A stretch of 28,954 bases of DNA from Campylobacterota bacterium (lineage in GTDB: Bacteria > Campylobacterota > Campylobacteria > Campylobacterales > Sulfurimonadaceae): contig JAYEKO010000087.1 in the NCBI GenBank assembly GCA_034661055.1, forward strand, positions 1 through 28,954, in the 5' to 3' direction. Positions 19,168 to 28,778 of this stretch are shown piece after piece. Both the position numbers and the translations under genes were made by a program. Below the pieces are notes generated by a model. That model was given only the letters and a program-made list of their open reading frames with translations, was not told where the DNA came from and ran no database searches. Every line of letters starts with the position of its first letter. Position 1 is the first letter of the stretch.

Positions 19168-20286
19168 ATGGAACCATTTAAAATTGAAGAGTCAGTACCA
19201 CTAACTGGAGCACGCATTGTAGCTGTAGGCGTTGGTGGCGGTGGCGGTAACATGATTGGGCATATGCTCAATGAGAATGTTGCTGGCATTGAGATGGTAT
19301 TGGCAAATACTGATGCACAAGTATTAGATACTACAACAGGGACTACTAAAATACAGCTAGGAAGTAAACTCACCAAAGGACTTGGTGCTGGGATGAAGCC
19401 TGAAGTAGGCCGTGAGTCTGCTTTAGAGAATTATGAAGATATCCGTGCACAACTAGATGGTGCCGATATTGTATTTATTGCTGCAGGTCTTGGTGGTGGA
19501 ACTGGAACGGGAGCTGCTCCAGTTATTGCTCAAATCGCTAAAGAGATAGGAGCTTTAACTATTTCAGTAGTAACAAAACCTTTTGGTTTTGAAGGTCGTA
19601 AACGTCTAAAACTTGCTGAAACTGGTTTAGAAGAACTCAAACTGGCAAGTGACTCAATTGTTGTTATTCCAAATGACAAACTTCTCTCTATTATAGATAG
19701 AAAACTAGGTATGAAAGAAAGTTTTAAAATTGTTGATGGTGTTTTAGCACAAGCCGTTAGTGGTACTTCAGGTGTTATTCTTGCCAGTGGTGACAATGAC
19801 ATAAACCTTGACTTTGCTGACCTTCAAACCGTTATGAGTCATCAAGGCATGGCACTTATGGGTGTAGGTGAGCATCAAGGTGAAAATGCTGCTTATGAAG
19901 CAATTAAGGCAGCAATTGAGTCTCCACTTCTAGACAACATGTCAATTAATGGAGCAATGGGTGTACTTGTACACTTTAATATGCATCCAAACTTTCCAAT
20001 GATTGAACTTAGTGAAGCAATGGAAGTAGTTCATGAAAGTGCCGATGAAGAGGCAGAAGTTATTTTTGGAACCACATCAGATGAAAGTCTTCCTGAGGAC
20101 TTCATCAAAATAACATTAGTTGCAACCGGTTTTGAAAGTGAAAAGAAAAATAACATTGAGTATGAAAACCCTGAAGCTGAAGCAGTAAAACCTCAAGTTG
20201 TTAGACGTCCTAAACTTGTTGTTGGTGGTGATATTAATGAAGACTTTCTTGAAATCCCAACGTTTATGCGTCAGCAGAGAGATTAA
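19168..20286 (+). CDS. ftsZ: Cell division protein FtsZ
   Basis: GVGGGGGN, NTDAQ, GLGAG, AGLGGGTGTG tubulin signature, IN.DFAD, C-terminal LEIPTFMR.Q.D. Confidence 0.98.
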   Translation: MEPFKIEESVPLTGARIVAVGVGGGGGNMIGHMLNENVAGIEMVLANTDAQVLDTTTGTTKIQLGSKLTKGLGAGMKPEVGRESALENYEDIRAQLDGADIVFIAAGLGGGTGTGAAPVIAQIAKEIGALTISVVTKPFGFEGRKRLKLAETGLEELKLASDSIVVIPNDKLLSIIDRKLGMKESFKIVDGVLAQAVSGTSGVILASGDNDINLDFADLQTVMSHQGMALMGVGEHQGENAAYEAIKAAIESPLLDNMSINGAMGVLVHFNMHPNFPMIELSEAMEVVHESADEEAEVIFGTTSDESLPEDFIKITLVATGFESEKKNNIEYENPEAEAVKPQVVRRPKLVVGGDINEDFLEIPTFMRQQRD

Positions 20287-20299
20287 TACTCTGCACTAA

Positions 20300-20602
20300 A
20301 TGTCTTCTTTTACTAAACTCATAAAAGCCAAAACTCTCCTTGGCTTAAATGAGAAAGCCACTCTTCAAGAGATTAAACTAAAATATAAAAACTTAATGCG
20401 ACAATGGCATCCAGACAAGCATCAAGATGATATTAAAAGTGCTACACAGATGAGTGCCAGTATTAATGAAGCTTATGAGACCGTATTAAAATATACACAA
20501 GAGTATGAGTTCCCATTTGATGAAGAAAATCTTCAAAAGAAGACGTTTACAGCCCAAGAGTGGTGGGAACAGAAGTTCGGTACCAAAAAAGACACTATTT
20601 AG
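20300..20602 (+). CDS. Small DnaJ-domain protein
   Basis: LLGL...A...EIK..Y..L...WHPDK and INEAYE motifs; C-terminal EWW..KFG. Confidence 0.9.
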   Translation: MSSFTKLIKAKTLLGLNEKATLQEIKLKYKNLMRQWHPDKHQDDIKSATQMSASINEAYETVLKYTQEYEFPFDEENLQKKTFTAQEWWEQKFGTKKDTI

Positions 20603-21351
20603 TCAAATTGAATAGGTCCCTCAGAAGATGAATTAATAAACTGTTGAACTACAGAGTTAGTAGAATTTTTAAATGCTTCTTCATTTCCAAACTCAATAAT
20701 CTTTCCATCAAACAACATTGCAAAGTTATCACTCGCTTTAAATGTCTCAGAGACATCATGACTAATAAGCACTGAAGTTACTTTTAGTTCATCTTGTAGT
20801 GTCCGTATCATTTGAGAAATTAGATTACTTGTTACTGGGTCAAGCCCTGATGTCGGCTCATCATATAAAATTATGCTTGGTTCTAATGCCAAGGTTCGTG
20901 CAAGACCCACACGCTTTCTCATACCACCACTAAGTTCTTCAGGAAACAGATCTCGTACAATAGAAGGCTTTAAACCTACCATAGAGAGTTTTTCATCAAT
21001 TAACTTATTGACCTCTTTGCGACTAAGCTTTTGATGCTCAATAATTGGAAAAGCGACATTATCTCTAATATTCATACTATCAAAAAGTGCTCCATTTTGA
21101 AAAAGAAAACCGACTTTCTTTCGTATCTGCAAAAGTGTCTTCTCATTGGCACCATTAACTTTAATGCCATCAACCAAAATATCTCCACTAGTAGGCTGAA
21201 GCAGTCCTACAATATGCTTAATAATTGTTGATTTTCCGCCACCTGAGACTCCAAAAATTGCAGTTGTCTCATGAGGTGGAATTTCTAAATTTACTCCACA
21301 AAGAATCTCTCTGCTTCCAAAACTTTTATGGACTTCTTTAAACTCTATCAT
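20599..21351 (-). CDS. ABC transporter ATP-binding protein, MlaF/Ttg2A-like
   Basis: GVSGGGKST, G.LFQ.GALFDS, P.ELSGGMRKRVGLAR, LYDEPTSGLDP, C-terminal V.QFI...EGP. Confidence 0.88.
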   Translation of the reverse strand: MIEFKEVHKSFGSREILCGVNLEIPPHETTAIFGVSGGGKSTIIKHIVGLLQPTSGDILVDGIKVNGANEKTLLQIRKKVGFLFQNGALFDSMNIRDNVAFPIIEHQKLSRKEVNKLIDEKLSMVGLKPSIVRDLFPEELSGGMRKRVGLARTLALEPSIILYDEPTSGLDPVTSNLISQMIRTLQDELKVTSVLISHDVSETFKASDNFAMLFDGKIIEFGNEEAFKNSTNSVVQQFINSSSEGPIQFD

Positions 21352-21842
21352 GATTTAATAGTTCTTAATAGCATCACACGTCTTACAAATAGTAGCGCTA
21401 ATGCAAAGGCTAGAATTTTAAAGTCAATTTCACTTGCAATATGTAACGCTTCAAATGCTTCACTCGTAGTTGCTTCACTGCCAAGTGACTGCATCTCCAG
21501 AATTTTAGGTGTATAGACGGCACTAAACATAAGCCCAGTAGCCAAAACACCAAATGTTGCAGCTTGTGCTACAGCATCACGTCGAAGTGCTCTATACTCC
21601 AAAACTTCATACAGTGCGACAACTGCTGTTAACACATAAATCCAGTAAGAGAATCTATGAAATATTTCTCCCATCAAAAGTCCTTCATTATAGTGATCCA
21701 AAAGTGCCATTGTAAGATGATTATCTGAATTAAATATAACAGGTGCTACCATGATTCCAAGTACTAAAACGCCTCCTAATGTCGCGCCTAAAAATAACAA
21801 ATAGGCTAACTCAACATAGATATTTCTTTTTTTAATCATCAC
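21348..21842 (-). CDS. DUF4149-like 4-TM membrane protein
   Basis: G..VAPVIF, G.LMG.IF.R, P.I and F..LH..SE motifs. Confidence 0.78.
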   Translation of the reverse strand: MMIKKRNIYVELAYLLFLGATLGGVLVLGIMVAPVIFNSDNHLTMALLDHYNEGLLMGEIFHRFSYWIYVLTAVVALYEVLEYRALRRDAVAQAATFGVLATGLMFSAVYTPKILEMQSLGSEATTSEAFEALHIASEIDFKILAFALALLFVRRVMLLRTIKS

Positions 21843-22668
21843 TCATCCTTAAAATAAATCCTCTATCAAACTTGGAATAATCTTTATAAAATTCTAATGA
21901 TTGTACCTTAAAGTCTCTAACATAGGCTTCAACCTTAGCTTTTTGATCATATCCCATCTCACATGCGAAATAATTTATGTGGCGTTTCTCTACCTCATTT
22001 AAAAGTTCTTTAATAATCTCGTCCCCTACACTTCCACCAAAAAGTGCCAAATCAGGCTCATATGAGAGATTCTGTTCTAAGGGAGCGTCCATAGCAATAT
22101 AGGGAGGGTTAGAAACAAGAAAATCAATAGGCTCACTAATAGTAGTCAGCAGACTTCCTTCACGAAGTTCAATTCTATCACTCAACTCAAATTTTTCAAT
22201 ATTTATTTTAGCAACTTCTAAAGCTTTAGGACTAATATCTACTCCGATAAACCGAGCCTTAGGCAGGTGCTGTGCTAAAATAATACTAATTATCCCACTT
22301 CCAACTCCTACTTCAGCAATGGTAAGTTCATCATTATGATTTACATGTAAAAGAACCTTGTCAATTAAAAGTTCTGTTTCGGGACGAGGGATTAAAGCAC
22401 CCTCTTTAATAAAGAAGTTTTGAGAATAGAAACTAACATCATTTGTGATGTACTCTAAAGGTTCATGTTTGGTACGCCTCTCGATCCAGTTAAAAAGAGT
22501 TGGTGTACTTGGCACTATATCATTTACATGTAAAATAAGCCAGAGCTGGTCTTGCTTCATATAGGCACGAAAGAGCAACTCTGCTTCACGCTTTGGGTTT
22601 TCAACCACACTCTCTAAAGCTAGAGAGATAAACTCAAGCCACTCTTTTACACTTCTTGAGGCGGACAT
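21832..22668 (-). CDS. prmC: Release factor glutamine methyltransferase
   Basis: EPLEYI, LIPRPETE, GVGSGII, D.S..AL and SNPPYI motifs. Confidence 0.95.
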   Translation of the reverse strand: MSASRSVKEWLEFISLALESVVENPKREAELLFRAYMKQDQLWLILHVNDIVPSTPTLFNWIERRTKHEPLEYITNDVSFYSQNFFIKEGALIPRPETELLIDKVLLHVNHNDELTIAEVGVGSGIISIILAQHLPKARFIGVDISPKALEVAKINIEKFELSDRIELREGSLLTTISEPIDFLVSNPPYIAMDAPLEQNLSYEPDLALFGGSVGDEIIKELLNEVEKRHINYFACEMGYDQKAKVEAYVRDFKVQSLEFYKDYSKFDRGFILRMSDD

Positions 22669-23897
22669 GTTCCCTCGAGTGCGCTATCATCACCACAGTA
22701 AATATCTACACCCAACTCTTTAAAACGCTCAAGTACTGGCGGATGAGTATAGTAAAAGAAGATAAACAGCGGATGAGAGAGTGGAAAACTCTTGTTTTCA
22801 GTGACTAACTTTGTCAGTGCTGAAACAAGGTTCTCTTTTCCTCCAAGTTCTGCACCGGTTCTATCTGCTTCAAACTCATTATGGCGGCTAATAATTCCCA
22901 TTAACGGCATCATCACAAAGCTAAGCATTGACATCAATAACATAAAAAGAATCATCACCACATGAGGTGAAGCAGCAATGCCAAGTTCTAAATAGAGTGT
23001 CTCCGGAATATTTCCAAAAATCGCAAACATAACAAACAGCATCCCGCCCATTGTTGCAATATTCTTGTAGATATCACCATGGGCAAAGTGACCCAGTTCA
23101 TGTCCTAAGACTGCTAAAAGCTCATCATGGGTCAATTTTTTGAGCAGTGTATCAAACAGCACTACCCGTTTTGTCTTTCCTAAACCACCAAAATACGCAT
23201 TAAGCCGTGCATCACGCTTACTTGCATCACTAATAAAAACTCCACTACTTTGAAACCCTGTTTTATCCATCAGTTCTGCAATCTTACTATTTAACTCTTC
23301 ATCATCAAGAGGGGTAACTTTATCAAAAAACATCGCTCTAACTGTCGGAAAGAACATATTAAGCAGTACAATTACACCAAAAATAAAGAGAAAACTCCAG
23401 AGCCACCATAGCTCAGAACTCTGCATAATCATCGCTACAACATAGACAATAGCCCCACCAATAACCAGTGTTAGAAGTGTTGAAATAAGAGTATCTTTTA
23501 TATACTGCCCATAACTTGAACGGTTAAATCCAAACTCTTCATCTAAAATAAATTTCTGATACCACTCTAGCGGCAAGGAGACAATACCACCAATAACAAT
23601 AAAACTCAGTACGACAACAACTGCTTTGTAGAGTTCATCTTGCATTAAAAAAAGGTTATCTAGCCAGACAATTCCCGTTCCTAACCAAAACACAAAAAGC
23701 AGGTACTCAATAAACGTTCCTACTATTGAGAGCTTCTCTTTTGCTATTGCATATTTTGCCGCCTGCATGTACTCAGCACTCTTCATTAACACAGCTTGCT
23801 GTTTTTTTGCACGGTTAATAAAACCGATTTGCATCACACTAATATAGATTCTAAAAAGAATATAGATAGTATAAATTGCCATAATAGACATTAACAT
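22647..23897 (-). CDS. M48 family (Ste24-like) integral membrane zinc metallopeptidase
   Basis: F.L.E.FGFN, DASKR...NAYFGG.G..KRVVLFDTL, HELGH, SR.NEFEAD, THPP..ER motifs; extended -10 TGCTACAAT on the minus strand at 23923-23931. Confidence 0.94.
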   Translation of the reverse strand: MLMSIMAIYTIYILFRIYISVMQIGFINRAKKQQAVLMKSAEYMQAAKYAIAKEKLSIVGTFIEYLLFVFWLGTGIVWLDNLFLMQDELYKAVVVVLSFIVIGGIVSLPLEWYQKFILDEEFGFNRSSYGQYIKDTLISTLLTLVIGGAIVYVVAMIMQSSELWWLWSFLFIFGVIVLLNMFFPTVRAMFFDKVTPLDDEELNSKIAELMDKTGFQSSGVFISDASKRDARLNAYFGGLGKTKRVVLFDTLLKKLTHDELLAVLGHELGHFAHGDIYKNIATMGGMLFVMFAIFGNIPETLYLELGIAASPHVVMILFMLLMSMLSFVMMPLMGIISRHNEFEADRTGAELGGKENLVSALTKLVTENKSFPLSHPLFIFFYYTHPPVLERFKELGVDIYCGDDSALEGTCPPQEV

Positions 23898-23941
23898 ATA
23901 TTACGCCTTAAATTTTTTTATCATTGTAGCAAAGAAGCTGT

Positions 23942-24133
23942 TTATTTTAATGGTACTTTAGCAACACTATCTTTAATTGGTAAGGCATCATCAACATCAG
24001 AATAGATAATTTTTGCACCTAGATAAATCGTACCAACGATAAGACCTGAAATAATAACAGCCCAAACAACACGTCGTTTTTCACCTTTTAAGGTATCATA
24101 ATCTTCAATATCTTGCAGTGTAGGTTCACTCAT
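23942..24133 (-). CDS. Small single-TM hypothetical protein (63 aa)
   Basis: AGGAG RBS, EPTL.DI.DY..L.GEK N-terminus and one TM segment. Confidence 0.8.
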   Translation of the reverse strand: MSEPTLQDIEDYDTLKGEKRRVVWAVIISGLIVGTIYLGAKIIYSDVDDALPIKDSVAKVPLK

Positions 24134-24284
24134 AATAATTCTCCTAGTTTTTCGAAATAATACAGAAGTTATTTAAGAGATGCTTTAAAAAAATCAACCT
24201 AATGTGACGCTTTAAGTATATTTTTTGTTTAGTTTATTCGTCATAAGTGGTTAGCTGTTTTAGATTGTATGCTACAATCTCACG

Positions 24285-24587
24285 ATGAAAAATGATTTTA
24301 TACCCAACATAGAACCAACACCTCAACTAACTAAAAAAGAGTGCCGTGTTTTTATGATGCTACTCTCACTGTCGCTAAAATTTGGCTCCACGGTGTTAGC
24401 ACTTATTGTTTGGTTAAGTTATGATCTATTTTACGGCGTTGCCTCCTTTTTGGTTTTTTACCTTGTCATTGGTATTATTCGTTCAAAACTGCTCCACGCC
24501 TCCATTCCAAAATTACAACAAGAGTACAACTACACTGATGAAGATATCGCTTCATGGTACGTTAAACGTGTTCTTGTTTGTGAATAA
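24285..24587 (+). CDS. Hypothetical 2-TM membrane protein (100 aa)
   Basis: Clean ORF with two hydrophobic helices, preceded by extended -10 TGCTACAAT at 24270-24278. Confidence 0.75.
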   Translation: MKNDFIPNIEPTPQLTKKECRVFMMLLSLSLKFGSTVLALIVWLSYDLFYGVASFLVFYLVIGIIRSKLLHASIPKLQQEYNYTDEDIASWYVKRVLVCE

Positions 24588-24607
24588 TTTACATGTAAAA
24601 GGTACCT

Positions 24608-26560
24608 ATGGCACTAGTTGATTTACTAAACGTCTCCAAACACTACGAAGCACAAAAAATTCTCGAAGCCATAAACTTTCATGTCGATGAGGGTGAGCGT
24701 ATTGTTATTGTCGGTAAAAACGGCAGCGGGAAATCGACCATTATGAAAATTGTCAACGGAACACTTGATGCCGATGAGGGTAAGCGAATCACCAAGCAGA
24801 ATCTGCATATTAAAATGCTATCACAAGTGCCCCAATTTCAAGATGGTCATAATGTACGTGAAGCAGTTGAGGCCGGCTTGGGTGAACTTAAAAGTGCACG
24901 CATACGTTTTGAGGAGATCTCAAATGAACTTACAACAGACTTTGAGAATCCTGAACTCTTAAAAGAACATTCAGAACTTTCCAACTTTCTTGACCATCAC
25001 AGTGCCTGGAATCTTGATGAAAAAATTGAGAGAGTACTGCAGTTTTTTCAACTCAAGGAGTATGAAAAGAAGTCTGTAATTATGCTAAGTGGTGGGGAGC
25101 AGCGTCGTGTTGCCCTCGCCTCACTTCTGCTTCAAAAACCAGATATCTTGCTTTTAGATGAGCCTACCAATCATCTTGATGTCTATATGGTAGAGTTTTT
25201 AGAAGAGCTTATTTTAAAGGAAAAGTTCACCCTTGTCTTTATTTCACATGATCGTTACTTTATAGATCAGATTGCGACAAAGACCATTGAGATAGAAGAT
25301 TGTAAGCTTCGTGAGTTCAAGGGAGGATATTCGAGCTACCTGACTCAAAAGTCAGAACTTCTTCGTACCATGCAGAAGCAGCATGATAACCTGCTGCGTC
25401 TTCTTAAAGCTGAAAATGAGTGGTTAGGCAAAAGTGTCCGTGCTCGTCTAAAACGAAATGAAGGACGAAAAAAACGGGTTCTTGATCTACGAGAAGATGC
25501 TAAAACCAACCCTGCTAGAATTCGAAAAATTCAAGTGGAGCTCCATCGTGAAGCCAAACATTTTAACCGTGATAAAAGTGTCAATAAGCAGAAGATGCTC
25601 TTTGAGGTTGAAAATTTGGAACTTACACTAGGGAACAAGCTCTTAGTTAAAAATTTCAATACTCGTATTTTACAGCGTGATGTCATCGCCATTGTCGGAC
25701 CAAATGGAAGTGGTAAATCTACTCTTTTAAAAGCCCTACTTGGACGACTTGAACCTACAGAAGGAACTATTAAACAGGGTGAGTTCAATATTGGATATTT
25801 TGATCAACACCGCGAAATGCTTGATGACTCCAAGAACCTCATTGAGACATTCTGTCCTATGGGTGGTGACCGTGTTGAAGTTCAAGGAAAAAATTTACAT
25901 GTATTTGCCTATCTGAAAAACTTTTTATTTCCACGAGAGTTCCTAGATAAAAAAATTGGAGTCTTAAGTGGTGGCGAGAAAAACCGTGTCGCCCTCGCCC
26001 TGCTCTTTACAAAACAAGTTGACTGTCTTATTTTAGATGAACCAACTAATGACTTAGATATTCCTACCATTAATATTTTAGAAGAGCAACTTCAAAGCTT
26101 TCCTGGCGCAGTTATTATTGTCAGTCACGATCGCTATTTTGTCGATAAGATTGCAAAAAAGCTCTTTGTATTTCAAGGCAATGGGCTAGTTGAAGAGTCA
26201 TTTCAGCAGTACAGCCAATATCTTGAGATAGAAAAAGAGATACGAGAAGTCTCACAGATAACAACCATATCTCAAGATGAAAAGCCTGCAAAAGAGAGTA
26301 AGCCAAAAACAAAAGCCCTAAAGCTATCTTTTAAAGAGAAAAAATCTTTAGATACTCTTCCTGTAGAGATTGAAGCACTAGAAGAGAAGATGGAGCAACT
26401 CAACAGCTGTCTAGCAGACCCCTCATGTTACGAAGAGAGAGGTATCTCAACGCTTGCCGATGAACTTACAGCTTTGAAAGAGACGTATGAACTCAAAATT
26501 GAAGCACTGCTTGAGATTGAAGAGAAACTTGAAGAGATAGAAGAAGGAAAATCTTCCTAA
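24608..26560 (+). CDS. ABC-F family ATPase, Uup-like
   Basis: Two ABC domains (GKNGSGKST/LSGGE/LDEPTNHLD and GPNGSGKST/LSGGEK.R/LDEPTNDLD), ARLKRNEGR linker, C-terminal KLSFKE coiled coil. Confidence 0.93.
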   Translation: MALVDLLNVSKHYEAQKILEAINFHVDEGERIVIVGKNGSGKSTIMKIVNGTLDADEGKRITKQNLHIKMLSQVPQFQDGHNVREAVEAGLGELKSARIRFEEISNELTTDFENPELLKEHSELSNFLDHHSAWNLDEKIERVLQFFQLKEYEKKSVIMLSGGEQRRVALASLLLQKPDILLLDEPTNHLDVYMVEFLEELILKEKFTLVFISHDRYFIDQIATKTIEIEDCKLREFKGGYSSYLTQKSELLRTMQKQHDNLLRLLKAENEWLGKSVRARLKRNEGRKKRVLDLREDAKTNPARIRKIQVELHREAKHFNRDKSVNKQKMLFEVENLELTLGNKLLVKNFNTRILQRDVIAIVGPNGSGKSTLLKALLGRLEPTEGTIKQGEFNIGYFDQHREMLDDSKNLIETFCPMGGDRVEVQGKNLHVFAYLKNFLFPREFLDKKIGVLSGGEKNRVALALLFTKQVDCLILDEPTNDLDIPTINILEEQLQSFPGAVIIVSHDRYFVDKIAKKLFVFQGNGLVEESFQQYSQYLEIEKEIREVSQITTISQDEKPAKESKPKTKALKLSFKEKKSLDTLPVEIEALEEKMEQLNSCLADPSCYEERGISTLADELTALKETYELKIEALLEIEEKLEEIEEGKSS

Positions 26561-26591
26561 TGCATAGTCGTAAATTTTTACATGTAAATAA

Positions 26592-26600
26592 TGCTACAAT
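26592..26600 (+). promoter_or_regulatory. Extended -10 promoter TGCTACAAT for the beta-helix gene
   Basis: TGnTAnAAT match 25 nt upstream of ATG 26626; GAGGT RBS at 26614-26618. Confidence 0.6.
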
Positions 26601-26625
26601 ATCTACAAAAATAGAGGTATAAATC

Positions 26626-27837
26626 ATGAAAAAAATCATATTTTTACTACTTGCTTCAATTTTATTAGATGCGAAAGACTACACTATACTAGTAGCTCCA
26701 CCTAAAAGTGAAGCGTACTCAATTGCCAAAGAACGGGTAATTACACACCAATATAATGCTTTCTCAAATATCTCTGATGCTTTGGTGTATGCAGCCAAAC
26801 TTTTAAATAGAGGTCACGACGACAAGGTCACTCTTAAAATCAGTGAAGGAGTCTATAGTGGCCATAAAGGGTACTGGAAAATTCCACCTATAAGTAATGC
26901 AAAAGCGAGCTTAATTATCTCAGGTGGGTATGAAAAACATTTTAAAGAGAGCAACGCGTTTGATACACAAAGCATACTTAATGTAACAGGTAACCACTCC
27001 CACTCCATCATTCAACTTGAAGGTTCTAGAAATAAGTTAAAACAACTCAGCATCAGTGGTCTAATTATTGATGCAGCGCCTAGTAATAGCTACGCTGTTG
27101 ATGGGTCACTATTAAAGTATCGTTCACGAACAACTCCCATACTTGCTTTTGGTTATCTAGAGACAGAAGCTCTTTTTATAACGGACAATGTTTTAATGAA
27201 CAGTGCGCATATGGCGTTAGCACCTCTTATTCGAGCAGCTAATGAGAACGCTTATGTTGTCATCAAAAACAACTTCTTTGTCAATAATGTCTATGCTCTT
27301 AAAATTGATGCTGCTAACTTTAGAAACAGACCCTATAGATATCTTCTCATAAACAACACCTTTGTCTCCAACCTTCCATATAATTTTGACACCACAAGTT
27401 CAACAGTAGCGACGGTAGAGATTGCAAGTAAAAGTTCATCCCCTTCAAACATAATCATAGCCAATAATATCTTTGCTCATAATGCTAGTGCCGCTATTGC
27501 TCCTCTTTATAAAGAGAGTCGTATGGCAAATATAACCATTCACAATAATAATTTTTTTAACAATGCTACGCTCTTTCATCAGAGCAAGCAAAGCAGTGGA
27601 GCTATGATTATTAAAGATAATGCAACTGGAAAGTATATCAATTATGATATTGAGACCATGAAAAAAACATTCTCTTACGACATCGCCAACAACTATGCCC
27701 TTGACCCTAAAATTATGTTGCCTAAAACAGTCAATCAAAATTTAGCCACAAAAATGCCCCTTAATGTCGAGCGTCTCTTTTCTAAAAACCCAAAGCTAAC
27801 AAAATTGGGTGTACGCAAAGTGTTAGCAACAAAGTAA
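26626..27837 (+). CDS. Secreted right-handed parallel beta-helix (pectin lyase-like) protein
   Basis: Signal peptide, F..I..AL...K.SEG.Y and I.GGY N-terminal features, repeated I.NN.F..N units (IKNNFFVNN, INNTFVSN, IANNIFAHN, IHNNNFFNN). Confidence 0.75.
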   Translation: MKKIIFLLLASILLDAKDYTILVAPPKSEAYSIAKERVITHQYNAFSNISDALVYAAKLLNRGHDDKVTLKISEGVYSGHKGYWKIPPISNAKASLIISGGYEKHFKESNAFDTQSILNVTGNHSHSIIQLEGSRNKLKQLSISGLIIDAAPSNSYAVDGSLLKYRSRTTPILAFGYLETEALFITDNVLMNSAHMALAPLIRAANENAYVVIKNNFFVNNVYALKIDAANFRNRPYRYLLINNTFVSNLPYNFDTTSSTVATVEIASKSSSPSNIIIANNIFAHNASAAIAPLYKESRMANITIHNNNFFNNATLFHQSKQSSGAMIIKDNATGKYINYDIETMKKTFSYDIANNYALDPKIMLPKTVNQNLATKMPLNVERLFSKNPKLTKLGVRKVLATK

Positions 27838-27841
27838 GTCA

Positions 27842-28516
27842 ATGAGACTTTTTAAATCACTATTTCATCCTTATGTATGGTTTCGAGCTATCTTTTCAGC
27901 CTTACTCATTGGGATTGTATTGTACTTCATTGTAATGCTCTATACTACTGTAGTCGTTGAGGGTATTCTTCAAACAGACATCGCATCAATTGGAATCTTT
28001 TTTAAACTGCTGTTTTATATACTATCACTACTTGGATATCTTCTGTCAATATATGCTACTGTCATACTCTTTCCCATAATATACACACTAAAAGTCAGCT
28101 TCGATGCAGATAGGTACATAAATTATTTAGCACGTCAATTTGATGTTAAACTGAGTCCAACTTCAGTAACATCCAAATTTAAATACTTTCTTTTAGCAGT
28201 TTTTTATGTTGTTCTATCTGCTTTTTTAGCCCTATCACTCATAATAGCAGTTGATGATACACCTTATGAGTTCTTAATCATTTTTGCTCTAGCTCCACTC
28301 TATATACTGATTTATAAAAACTGGATGTACTCTCTAAAACGAATACTTGGTAATGATTTTACAGTAGTGTATGAGAAGCATAGAGGACGTTTTATTAGAA
28401 AAGGAATTTTTTACATTATACTGATGCATATTCCTTTTCTCTTTTTGCTACAACCGTGGTTTTACATTCTTTTTGCAAATCTCTATTTCAAACAACGTAA
28501 TCAACTACCTTGCTAA
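27842..28516 (+). CDS. Multi-TM membrane protein (EI24/CysZ-like suspected)
   Basis: Five to six hydrophobic segments and IPF.F.L.P near the C-terminus; 4 nt after the beta-helix gene. Confidence 0.6.
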   Translation: MRLFKSLFHPYVWFRAIFSALLIGIVLYFIVMLYTTVVVEGILQTDIASIGIFFKLLFYILSLLGYLLSIYATVILFPIIYTLKVSFDADRYINYLARQFDVKLSPTSVTSKFKYFLLAVFYVVLSAFLALSLIIAVDDTPYEFLIIFALAPLYILIYKNWMYSLKRILGNDFTVVYEKHRGRFIRKGIFYIILMHIPFLFLLQPWFYILFANLYFKQRNQLPC

Positions 28517-28778
28517 CTCGTGTCACCTCTTTTATTACACTTACTGCTTCTAAGTGTGCAGGATGAACAGCATAAGCACTTAAATCCTCTTTTGTCTCAA
28601 ATGTTGAATATAAAGAGAGGTCAAATGCTCGTTCACTCCCATTAAAATCAACTCCTACTTCCATCTTTTTAAGTGGCTCTATTTTCTCAACTAAAGACTC
28701 CAGCATAGTTTTGACTTTAGCAATATTCTCTTCTCTATTCTCATCTTTAAACTCAAACATTACAATATGTACAATCAT
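28488..28778 (-). CDS. Dabb family (stress-responsive A/B barrel) protein
   Basis: MI.HIV.F.FK, D..L.S.F...EDL..Y..HP.H and VVDY motifs; AAGGA RBS. Confidence 0.92.
   Translation of the reverse strand: MIVHIVMFEFKDENREENIAKVKTMLESLVEKIEPLKKMEVGVDFNGSERAFDLSLYSTFETKEDLSAYAVHPAHLEAVSVIKEVTRVSKVVDYVV

Noticed and set aside
19229..19266. FtsZ N-terminal motif reading GGGGGNMIGHM rather than NAVNRM
   Set aside because: NM(I) variants are usual in Campylobacterota FtsZ, so this is not unusual.
2013..26577. Link between the palindrome and the Campylobacter RAATTY (CtsM) transformation motif
   Set aside because: AAATTT overlaps or abuts only a few copies (2013, 25891, 26572), and other copies have TAATTT, GATTT or CATTT. 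This is expected in AT-rich DNA.
57..27738. Short alternative-frame and antisense ORFs in the track (for example 57-308, 12699-13103, 17670-18086, 19530-19802, 27445-27738)
   Set aside because: They overlap well-supported genes and show no recognisable motifs or RBS, so they are treated as shadow ORFs.
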